Part shown: positions 52,280 to 62,858 of the stretch, one piece after another | Layout: the number at the start of each line of letters is the position of its first letter | How positions within the stretch are numbered: the first letter of the stretch is position 1 | DNA from: Octopus sinensis | Lineage: Eukaryota | Assembly: GCF_006345805.1 (NCBI RefSeq) | Contig: NC_043002.1 | Span: forward strand, 49,662,001-49,726,000 | DNA length: 64,000 nucleotides | Direction of reading: 5' to 3' | Notes under the pieces: generated by a model | What the model was told of the DNA's origin: nothing | Database searches by the model: none | The model's input: only the letters and a program-made list of their open reading frames with translations | Position numbers and translations under genes: made by a program

Positions 52280-52846
52280 GGTTAACCGTCCTCGCGACCC
52301 CCTTCGTATCTACGATAAGGCCACGAGCTATACGACGAAAATCCAGAGTTACTCGTGGTCGGTGAATTTTTAATAAAAATAGGGTGGTTTATCAATTCAA
52401 AAATCGATATTTTTAATGCTAAAAACCTTCCTGACGACCATCTTTGGCCGTGAAGAGGGAATTGACAAAGAGACGGACAGACAGACGGACATAACACCCA
52501 TTATAGTAAGATAGCAAATCTGCCCATCTACGATGAGAAATAAAGGGATAATATCGCAAATATAAACCCTTTAAATTCACAAACAATACCGTGGGGAAAT
52601 TCAGAGTTAATCTTCATCGCCGGAATATTAAAAAAAAAAAAAAAATCGAAGGTGATTTATTAATACAAAACCCAATATCCTCTAAATAATCATACTTTTT
52701 CACATTTTTTTTCTTTTTGGGGCGGTAAAAACCTTCCTGATTACATCCTTCGTAATCCCGAAAAATCATCGTAACCACTGGTCCAGCCGTTTGACCGTGA
52801 AGAGGGAACAGACACACAGACGAACATACCACCAATTTTAGTAAGA
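52280..52846 (-). mobile_element. Two Helitron-type 5' terminal segments
   Basis: Minus-strand A^TCTTACTA starts at 52846 and 52511, each followed by a GTCTGT tract and CCCTCTTCACGG(T/C)CAAA. Confidence 0.6.
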
Positions 52847-52939
52847 TAACACCTGAAATAAGCATGTCCCTTATCAGGTTGGTTCGTTTATTATTAATTA
52901 TTATTATTATTAATAAAAAGAATTTATTATTATTATTAC

Positions 52940-52977
<38 letters not shown>

Positions 52978-53123
52978 TGCAGAAGTCGAACTTGTCTTTC
53001 ATCTTCTCGGAGTCGATAAAATGAAGTACCAGTCGATGAAATCGACCTGTCCCCTCACCCAACATTTCACACCTTTTGCCTATACTTGAACAGATCATCA
53101 TCATCATCATCATCATCATTTAA

Positions 53124-53558
53124 GGCGGCGAGCTGGCAGAAACGTTAGCACGCCGGGCGAAATGCTTAGCGGTATTTGGTCTGCCGCTACGTTCTGAGTT
53201 CAAATTCCGCCGAGGTCGACTTTGCCTTTCATCCTTTCGGGGTCGATAAATTAAGTACCAGTTACGCACTGGGGTCGATGTAATCGACTTAATACCTATG
53301 TCTGTCCTTGATTGTCCCCTCTATGTTTAGCCCCTTGTGGGTAATAAAGAAATAGGTATTTCGTCTGCCGCTACGTTCTGAGTTCAAATTCCGTCGAGGT
53401 CGACTTTGCCTTTCATCCTTTTGGGGTTGATTAAATAAGTACCAGTTACGCGCTGAGGTCGATATAATTATCGATAAATTAAGTACCAGTTGCGTACTGG
53501 GGTCTATTTAATCGACTGGCCCCCTCCCCCGAAATTTCAGCCTTGTGCCTAGAGTAGA
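53124..53558 (+). mobile_element. SINE family A composite dimer (head + unit + unit ending in the alternative CCCCTCCCCC...CCTAGAGTAGA tail)
   Basis: Units start GGTATTT at 53171 and 53355 (period 184). Confidence 0.87.
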
Positions 53559-54110
53559 TCAACTCTAATCCAACGTATATGGTATAATCAAAGGCCATCC
53601 AGCAGTGGCCATCCCAGTTGTTCGGTGTGCGCACGTATGTGTGTGTGTGAGAGAAAGAGAGAACGAGAGAGAGAGGGAGAGAGAAAGAAACAGAGAGAAA
53701 CAAATGTGACTGGTAAGCTAGTGAATGTGCAGGAGTGCATATGTGTGTGCATATTCGTACTCACGCATGTGTGTGTGTGTGTGTGTGGTGTGTGTGTGTG
53801 TGTGTGTGTGATATATCAAGCGCGGTTTCAGGAGTTTTTCGAAAGGAGGATACAAAGTCAGAAGGAAATACACTTCCAGGAGAGAAGGTCTGCCCCCCCC
53901 CGTATAGATTCTTTTAGTCTTCTATTTGCTTCAGTTATTTGAGCGCGGCCACGCTGGAGCAGCACCTTTAATCGAACAAATCAACTCCAGGATTTATTCT
54001 TTGTAAGCCTAGTAATTTATTCTATCGGTACCTTTTGCCGAACTGCTAAGCTACGGGGACGTAAACACACCAACATCGGTTGTCAAGCGATGGTAGAGGT
54101 GTGGACACAG

Positions 54111-54147
<37 letters not shown>

Positions 54148-54500
54148 CATACACACGCGCGCACACATAATGTATGTATATATATACACACACATACATA
54201 AGTGCGAGTGTGTGTGTGTTTGTATTTCATAAGCTGGAGCCTTAACAAAAGCGACTCAAGGAGCGGAAATTTCGCGCATTATATATGCATACAAATAATT
54301 ATATATATATATGTGTGTATGTGTGTGTGTGTATTACGCACACATACATGTGTTCGCGATATAAGCAATTTTGTGGTATTATATCGATGTGTGTATCTAT
54401 GTCTGCATGGAAAAAAATTTGATAATTGTTCTTGTCAGCCACAAGGTCAGCGCCATTGACCTATGATAAAAGGCGTGCCAGACTTGATTGATATTCCATA

Positions 54501-54559
<59 letters not shown>

Positions 54560-54695
54560 CACGCGGGCACACACACACAGCAGTAAACACATAAATGCAA
54601 AACAAGGTGGAACAACAGTATTTGAATAACGAAGGTAGAGTAATGTTTTTGTTTTTGTTTTTTATTAAAGCTGATGTTTTTGCTGCTTAAATAAA

Positions 54696-54728
<33 letters not shown>

Positions 54729-54731
<3 letters not shown>

Positions 54732-55137
54732 TTTTCTACTCTAGGCACAAACCCGAAATTTTTTTTTGGGGGGGGGGATGGGGCCAGTCAATTTGATGGA
54801 CTCCAGAACGCAACTGGTACTTAATTTATCAACCTCGGAAGAATGAAAGGCAAAGTTGACCTCGGCGGAATTTGAACTCAGAACTTAAAGACAAACGAAA
54901 TACTCATTTCTTTACTACCCACAAGGGGCTAAACACAGAGAGGACAAACAATGGACAGACAAACGGATTAAGTCGATTATATCGACCCCCAGTTCATAAC
55001 TGGTACTTATTTAATCGACCCCAGAAGGATGAAAGGCAAAGTCGACCTCGGCGGAATTTGAACTCAGAACGTAACGGCAGACGAAATACTGCTAAGCATT
55101 TCGCTCGGCGTGCTAACGTTTCCGCCAACTCACCGCC
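54729..55137 (-). mobile_element. SINE family A composite dimer
   Basis: Same layout as 53124-53558 on the opposite strand; junction near 54904. Confidence 0.83.
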
Positions 55138-55173
55138 GTTGTGTGTGTGTGTGTGTGTGTGTATGCGTGTGTG

Positions 55174-55223
<50 letters not shown>

Positions 55224-55476
55224 CGCAGTTGTGGTTGTGTGGCATGAAGCTTGCTTTCCAGCCACATAGTTCCGGGTTCAGTCCTACTATATATATATAC
55301 TGGGGTCAATCCGATCGACTAAAATTCTTCAAAGCGATGCCCCAGTATCGCCGTAGTCTAACGATTCAAACGAACAAAAGATAAAACACAACACACACAC
55401 ACATATATATATATGTATAAATCCTTGTACATATATATATAGATGGCGGGTTGGAGAGGTGTATACGCCATTTTGT

Positions 55477-55513
<37 letters not shown>

Positions 55514-56468
55514 GTGACGGTGGTAAATGAGGAGGAAGAGAGCTTGGTTGATTACATGCGGGACTCGATATGTAGTTAGTTGAGCAATGGTGTTGGCTAA
55601 GTCGTTCGCAAGCAAGCAGCTGCTTCACATGGGGAGAGGCTGTCATTAATCTTTGTCATGGAATCTCCGACACACAGACATATGACAGACAACTTGCAAA
55701 GCACCACCACCACCAACACCACCACCACATCACCAACACACACACACACACACACGCACGCACGCACGCTTGTAATATCTCGGTGTGCACTTCTAATGTG
55801 AACCCCTTTGCTTTTACACTCATCAGTCAACCCACATTATTTCACCATTCGCTCATTCAATCACTCACTCACTCTCTCTCTCTCTCTCTCTCTTCTTCCT
55901 TTAATGATTCCCCCCCTCAACTTAAGTCCATCATCTCACTCTTTACTCTCCTCTCCCCTTTACTCTTGCTATCTCCACCACAATCTGCTTACTCCGTTGT
56001 TCAGCTATCATCTACTCACCGCCACCTAACTCTCTCAGTTTCTCTCTCTTACTCACGCACACACAGACACACATACACACACACACACACAGAAGCATGG
56101 TTCAGTGGTTAAGAAGTTCGCTTCGTTTCTACTTGGGTTCGAGCCTACGGCGTGGGACCTTAACAAGTGTTTTCTGCTATACCAGCCGCGAATAAACTGC
56201 GGCTCACGGGACTTCCTAGAATGGCACATTTAACGAAAATTTACTTCGAACATTTTTTTTTTGTAGTGCGGCCTGCCAGGTGATGAACCATGTATCATAC
56301 GGCCCGTTTCTAGGAAAAGGCTATTCATATAATAATTTTAGTCTTGGACTGATTCAGCAATACACTGCAGAAGAAATTTGGTTGATGGAAAGTGCACAGC
56401 AGCATGCTTGAATGTATGTATATGTATGCATGCATGCACGCACACACACAAACACGATATGTAACACA

Positions 56469-56873
56469 TTGGCAGAAACGTTAGCACGCCGGGCGAAATG
56501 CTTAGCGGTATTTCGTCAGCCGTTACGTTCTGAGTTCAAATTCCGCCGAGGTCGACTTTGCCTTTCATCCTTTCGGGGTCGATAAATTAAGTACCAGTTA
56601 CGCACTGGGGTCGATGTAATCGACTTAATCCGTTTGTCTGTCCTTGTTTGTCCCCTCTGTGTTTAGCCCCTTGTGGGTAGTAAAGAAATAAGTATTTCGT
56701 CTGCCGTTACGTTCTGAGTTCAAATTCCGCCGAGGTCGACTTTGCCTTTCATCCTTTCGGGGTCGATAAATTAAGTACCAGTTACGCACTGGGGTCGATG
56801 TAATCGACTTAATACCTATGTCTGTCCTTGTTTGTCCCCTCTATGTTTAGCCCCTCCTGGGTAATAAAGAAAC
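56469..56873 (+). mobile_element. SINE family A dimer with 12-bp TSD
   Basis: Head, then units at 56507 and 56691 (period 184); ATATGTAACACA at 56457-56468 and 56874-56885. Confidence 0.9.
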
Positions 56874-57299
56874 ATATGTAACACACTGCCTAGATACCAA
56901 TCTTGAGAAATTAGACTTACAGATCCGAGCCTGTTAAACTTTGCAGAAGTTTATTATTTAAGTATATATGAGCATGTCTAGACATGCAACTATATATCTC
57001 CTGCGAGTTGACTTGGGATCCCTTGGCGACAATGTAACCTTTATTTGACTAAGGTATCTTCAACCTGATGAATAGCTAGTAGAGTACCCTTCGTTGAGTA
57101 ATTACTACTTCCGAGGTTCTTCTAGCCAGGAAACATATGTAGCCTGGATTTTTTCCTGACCCATTCTCTCAATTTGGATTTTTATCCGCATACATACTAA
57201 ACCTAGTTGCTAACCACGAACTATGAAATAACTTTTCTTAGAATATCGAACTTCGATATGGAAAAAAATTTACAGGAGTGGCTGTGTGGTAAGTATCTT

Positions 57300-57560
57300 G
57301 ATGAAAGGCAAAGTCGACCTCGGCGGAATTTGAACTCAGAACGTAGCAGCAGACGAAATACCTATTTCTTTATTACCCACAGGGGGCTAAACATAGAGGA
57401 GACAAACATGGACAGACATAGGTATTAAGTCGATTACATTGACCCCAGTGCTTAACTGGTACTTACTTTATCGACCCCGAAAGGATGAAAGGCAAAGTCG
57501 ACCTCGGCGGAATTTGAACTCAGAACGTAGCGGCAGACGAAATACCGCTAAGCATTTCAC
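57300..57560 (-). mobile_element. SINE family A partial dimer
   Basis: Internal junction GAAATAC/CTATTTCTTT near 57360, both ends truncated. Confidence 0.8.
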
Positions 57561-57679
57561 TTGAAAGCGATGTTCCAGTATGGCCGCACCCTACACGACA
57601 AAAGTATACGTGTCAGTGCTGTGTGTGTGTGGTGTGTGTGGTGTGTGTGTGTGTGGTGTGAATGTTGTTGTGTGTTATG

Positions 57680-57722
<43 letters not shown>

Positions 57723-57980
57723 GAGTGTCTGTATGTTGTGAGCTTTGCGAGTGTTGGAGAGAGAGAAAGAGAGAGTGAGATAGAGTGTGCACGTGCGTGT
57801 ATGGTGTGTGAATGTGTTGTGTGAGTGCTGGAGAGAGAGAGAGAAAGAGAGAAAGATAGATAGGGTATGTGTGTGTGTGTGCCTTCTTTCCTGAATAAAG
57901 TTTCGTACAGGAACTAAAATGTTTATAGACGATCTCATTCTCTTTACTCAACAACTACCGTTTCTCTTAAACTATCCACG

Positions 57981-58022
<42 letters not shown>

Positions 58023-59639
58023 TGCAATGAGTGTTAGTATATACTCCACTCAGCAAAGTTCTCCGATAGCACCACTCCCTCATTACACACACGCCTTTCA
58101 CAATGTTTGCCGTTTCAAAACTTCGCCTTCTCTCCATCTTTCTCTCTCTCCCACTCTATCGTTTTTATCATTCCCCCTCCCTCTTTATATCATACACATT
58201 CACCTCCGAATTACTACTCCCACACACTTCTCCCCTCCTGCATCTCACTCAAACACTGATCTTCATATCTCCCTCTCCTTCCTCTCCCGCTAAACTGCGT
58301 ACCGTTATCCTCCAATTTTCCATCGCTCTGTGTGTGTGTGTGTGTCTCAATGAGTATACGTGAGTGTCTGTCTGGGTGCACGCGTGTGTCTGTGTGTGCT
58401 TGTATATTTGTGTGGTGTATTAGGGTGGAGCGTTACGACCATCATCCATCTTTCCTTCCTTCCTTCCTTCCTTCCTTCCTCACCAGCATTTCCCCCCTTC
58501 ATTCCCTACTTACCCTACAATATTAATTTTCTACCAATCATATACCATTTACACAACCATCAATCTCTTCCTGCAACTTCTCATCTTTATCCTTTCTTTC
58601 TATTATTTTTTATTTTTTTTGCTTTTGCTTTTCTTCCCCCTACTCCTCTTCTTCTCTTCGCCCATCCATCACTCATCAACAACCTACATATCTATCCATA
58701 GGTTGGCCGTCACACCCTAAACCGGCCGACGGGCCGACCAGCCAATTAACCGTCCACTCAACTAACCTGCACCCACCCGTCTATCTATCTGTTTATCTAT
58801 ACACATACACACACACACACACACACATATACATGCATGCATGCATACATACACGCGTGGTGTCCCCTAGCGGACAGTTAATGCAAGGGAGATAATCATT
58901 TGTTCATACTATTTGGCGGGATTAAATGTTTGAAATTAAAGAATAAGAGGGAAAAAAATGCATAAAATGTACATATTTATTAATTTACATATATTTTGGC
59001 TTCTTTTTCTTTTACTTGTTTGAATCATTTGACTGCGACCATGCTGGGGCACCATGTTAAAGACTCCAGTACATTCTTTTTTTCTTTTGTCAAAATTAGT
59101 ACTTATTCTATCGCTATCTTTTGCTGAAATGCTAAGTTACGAGGACGTAAATACATCAACACCCATTATCAGGCAGTGATACACACATAGTAGAAGACAC
59201 TTGCCCAAGGTGCCACACATTGAGACTGAACCCAGAACCCTGTCTTTAGGAACCAAGCTTTTTACCACAGAGTCACACCTGCACCTCTTATTACGAAAAT
59301 ATTAAAATTTGTGGTCAGGGGTAATATAGCACTATTTAGTTTTTATTTGAGAAAACATCAGTATGACATAACCTGAGATATATTAATTAAACATTTTATA
59401 ATGTAAGACATCCTTTACAGATAGAAAATAATTTGTGAGAAAGAAATTCATGATTTCATGTTTTTTTATTTTTGTTTTCTTCAAAGGGCGTTAGTTTAGC
59501 AAATCGTGAGAGAAAAGAAAAAGGTCTTAATGTGTACATACGAGTAACTAAATATCCATCTGTCTGTCTGTCCGTCCGTCTATCTACCTATCTGTCTGTT
59601 TCTATATTTATCTATCTATATTTAGCTCTCTCTCTATCT

Positions 59640-59907
59640 ACATATATAATATATATATTCATACATACATATCTATCTACAATATCTATCTACATATATA
59701 ATATATATATATAATATATATATTCATACATACATATCTATCTACATATATATATATATATATATTATATATATTATATATATATATATATATCATACAT
59801 ACATATCTATCTACATATATATAATATATATATATATTCATACATACATATCTATCTACATATATATATATATAATATATATATATATTCATACATACAT
59901 ATCTATC
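59640..59907. repeat. TA-rich minisatellite (TTCATACATACATATCTATCTACATA units) flanking the ribozyme array
   Basis: The motif recurs several times here and again at ~62403-62430. Confidence 0.88.
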
Positions 59908-59988
59908 TTGGCTGACGAGCTACAAGTGGATTTTTTTGTAAGTAAAATTACATTTAATTCATTAATAGCGAAACAATTGGTCCCAAAA
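59908..59988 (+). ncRNA. Type I hammerhead ribozyme, array copy 1 (imperfect)
   Basis: TTGG-CTGACGA(59912-18)-GCTA...TAGC-GAAA(59970-73)-CAATTGGTC-CCAAAA. Stem I is truncated by the array edge and stem III has an extra G. Confidence 0.65.
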
Positions 59989-60436
59989 TAATCTGTATTT
60001 TGTTATTTTTTATTTGCCCTGTCCGTGTGAGCTAACAATCGTACTGACTTCATGGGAAACATGTATTTTTGTGGTTGAAACCTTTTGGATTAACTGGTGC
60101 TAGAGTGAGCCATAAAGTGACCACTCTCTTATATTTATTTTGTAAAAATATTATAATATATTATAAAATATTATAATAATCCAGGTTTCTCGGAGCACTA
60201 GGCCACTTGGTGTTGAATAGATATACTATTAAATTAGTATCTAATTCTCTCACCCTTATTAATTAATTATAATTATGCTGCATTTATTTCTAAATGCAGT
60301 ATTTGTTTTCCGTGAAGTTTGGCGCGCTGTTAGTTGGGGCATTTGAATTATAACGTCGGATGTAATCATTTGAACCACACGCGTATTTATCGTTATGGTA
60401 AATCGGGCGTGTGATTGAGTGGATTTCATCAGATAG

Positions 60437-60518
60437 TTTTGGCTGACGAGCTACAAGTGGATTTTTTTGTAAGTAAAATTACATTTAATTCATTAATAGC
60501 GAAACAATTGTCCCAAAA
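60437..60518 (+). ncRNA. Type I hammerhead ribozyme, array copy 2 (intact)
   Basis: Stem I TTTTGG/CCAAAA; core CTGACGA 60443-49; stem II GCTA...TAGC; GAAA 60501-04; stem III ACAATTGT; GUC cleavage after 60512. Confidence 0.9.
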
Positions 60519-60959
60519 TAATCTGTATTTTGTTATTTTTTATTTGCCCTGTCCGTGTGAGCTAACAATCGTATGACTTTCATGGAAAACATGATTTTTG
60601 TGGTTGAAACCTTTTTGATAACTGGTGCTAGAGGTGACCATAAAGTGACCACTATCTTATATTATTTTGTAAAAAATTTATAATATATTATAAAATATTA
60701 TAATAATCCAGGTTCCGGAGCACTATGCCCACTTGTGTTGAAATAGAATATACTATTAAATTAGTATCTAATTCTCTCACCCTTATTAATTAATTATAAT
60801 TATGCGCATTTATTTCTAATGCAGTATGTGTTTCCGTGAAAGTTTGGCGCGCTGTTAGTTGGGGCATTTGAATTATAACGTCGGATGAGAATCATTGAAC
60901 ACCACGCGTTTATCGTTATGGTAAAATCTGGGTGTGATTGAGGGATTTCATCCAGATAG

Positions 60960-61040
60960 TTTTGGCTGACGAGCTACAAGGTGGATTTTTTTGTAAGTAA
61001 AATTACATTTAATCATTAATAGCGAACAATTGTCCCAAAA
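60960..61040 (+). ncRNA. Type I hammerhead ribozyme, array copy 3 (GAA instead of GAAA)
   Basis: TTTTGG-CTGACGA(60966-72)...TAGC-GAA-CAATTGTC-CCAAAA. One A is missing in a homopolymer, possibly a sequencing error. Confidence 0.7.
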
Positions 61041-61484
61041 TAATCTGTATTTTGTTATTTTTTATTTGCCCTGTCCGTGTGAGCTAACAATCGTCTGACT
61101 TTCATGGGAAACATGTATTTTTGTGGTTGAAACCTTTTGGATTAACTGGTGCTTAGTGGAGTGATAAAGTGACCACTCTCTTATATTTATTTTGTAAAAA
61201 TATTATAATATATTATAAAATATTATAATAATCCAGGTTTCTCGGAGCACTAGGCCACTTGGTGTTGAATAGATATCTATTAAATAGTATCTAATTCTCT
61301 CACCTTATTAATTAATTTAATTATGCTGCATTTATTTCTAAATGCAGTATTTGTTTTCCGTGAAAGTTTGGCGCGCTGTTAGTTGGGGCATTTGAATTAT
61401 AACGTCGATGTAATCAATTGAACCACACGCGTATTTATCGTTATGGTAAAATCTGGCGTGTGATTGAGTGGATTTTCCAGATAG

Positions 61485-61566
61485 TTTTGGCTGACGAGCT
61501 ACAAGTGGATTTTTTTGTAAGTAAAATTACATTTAATTCATTAATAGCGAAACAATTGTCCCAAAA
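61485..61566 (+). ncRNA. Type I hammerhead ribozyme, array copy 4 (intact)
   Basis: TTTTGG-CTGACGA(61491-97)-GCTA...TAGC-GAAA(61549-52)-CAATTGTC(61560)-CCAAAA. Confidence 0.9.
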
Positions 61567-62016
61567 TAATCTGTATTTTGTTATTTTTTATTTGCCCTGT
61601 CCGTGTGAGCTAACAATCGTACTGACTTTCATGGGAAACATGTATTTTTGTGGTTGAAACCTTTTGGATTAACTGGTGCTAGAGTGAGCCATAAAGTGAC
61701 CACTCTCTTATATTTATTTTGTAAAAATATTATAATATATTATAAAATATTATAATAATCCAGGTTTCTCGGAGCACTAGGCCACTTGGTGTTGAATAGA
61801 TATACTATTAAATTAGTATCTAATTCTCTCACCCTTATTAATTAATTATAATTATGCTGCATTTATTTCTAAATGCAGTATTTGTTTTCCGTGAAAGTTT
61901 GGCGCGCTGTTAGTTGGGGCATTTGAATTATAACGTCGGATGTAATCAATTGAACACACGCGTATTTATCGTTATGGTAAAATCTGGCGTGTGATTGAGT
62001 GATTTCATCCAGATAG

Positions 62017-62097
62017 TTTTGGCTGACGAGCTACAAGTGGATTTTTTTGTAAGTAAAATACATTTAATTCATTAATAGCGAAACAATTGTCCCAAAA
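62017..62097 (+). ncRNA. Type I hammerhead ribozyme, array copy 5 (intact core)
   Basis: TTTTGG-CTGACGA(62023-29)-GCTA...TAGC-GAAA(62080-83)-CAATTGTC(62091)-CCAAAA. Confidence 0.88.
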
Positions 62098-62373
62098 TAA
62101 TCTGTATTTTGTTATTTTTTATTTGCCCTGTCCGTGTGAGCTAACAATCGTACTGACTTTCATGGGAAACATGTATTTTTGTGGTTGAAACCTTTTGGAT
62201 TAACTGGTGCTAGAGTGAGCCATAAAGTGACCACTCTCTTATATTTATTTTGTAAAAATATTATAATATATTAAAAAATTATAATAATCCAGGTTTCTCG
62301 GAGCACTAGGCACTTGTGTTGAATAGATATACTATTAAATTAGTATCTAATTCTCTCACCCTTATTAATTAAT

Positions 62374-62405
<32 letters not shown>

Positions 62406-62427
62406 TCATACATACATATCTATCTAC

Positions 62428-62470
<43 letters not shown>

Positions 62471-62520
62471 TTGTGTGTGTGTGTGTGTTGTGTGTGTGTT
62501 GTGTGTGTTGTGTGTGTGTG

Positions 62521-62753
62521 TGTAGAAAAATACAAACTGGGACAAGAACGTAAAACATTTAGAAGACGATACAAAAAACACGGACGGGACATTCGAAGCC
62601 TTCAATCTTCAGTCAAGAACCGGATCATCCTAGCTGTTAATCAGCCGAAATTGCTAGGATGATCCGGTTCTTGAATGAAGATTGAAGGCTTCGTGTTTTT
62701 TGTATCGTCTTCTAAATGTTTTACGTTCTTGTCCCAGTTTGTATTTTTCTACA
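62521..62753. repeat. Fold-back (inverted) pair of a dispersed repeat fragment, probably PLE-like
   Basis: 62521-62634 is the reverse complement of 62653-62753 except for a ~12-nt segment absent from the right arm and one substitution. Related single-orientation copies at ~14108-14232, ~29085-29310, ~2365-2545. Confidence 0.9.
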
Positions 62754-62807
62754 TATAATATATATAGCGACGTCCGTACCCTCGTTGGCCTTATGTAAGT
62801 ACATATT

Positions 62808-62858
<51 letters not shown>

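Larger units (their letters stand above)
59908..62376 (+). repeat. Tandem array of ~530-bp units (~4.6 copies), each with a hammerhead ribozyme; candidate non-LTR retrozyme / Penelope pLTR-derived ribozyme satellite
   Basis: Unit start TTGGCTGACGAGCTACAAG recurs at ~59908, 60439, 60962, 61487, 62019. Predicted cleavage sites at 59982, 60512, 61034, 61560, 62091 give periods 530, 522, 526, 531. Copies differ mainly by 1-nt indels. Confidence 0.93.

Noticed and set aside
59908-62376. Array as a CRISPR array, mitochondrial control-region NUMT or rDNA spacer
   Set aside because: No repeat-spacer structure, no recognisable mt tRNA or rRNA sequence; the whole unit repeats and contains a hammerhead.
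62595-62695. CTGAAGA...CTTCGAATGTC as a hammerhead in the fold-back family
   Set aside because: GAA lacks an A, and no convincing stem I or II could be formed in any of the four copies.
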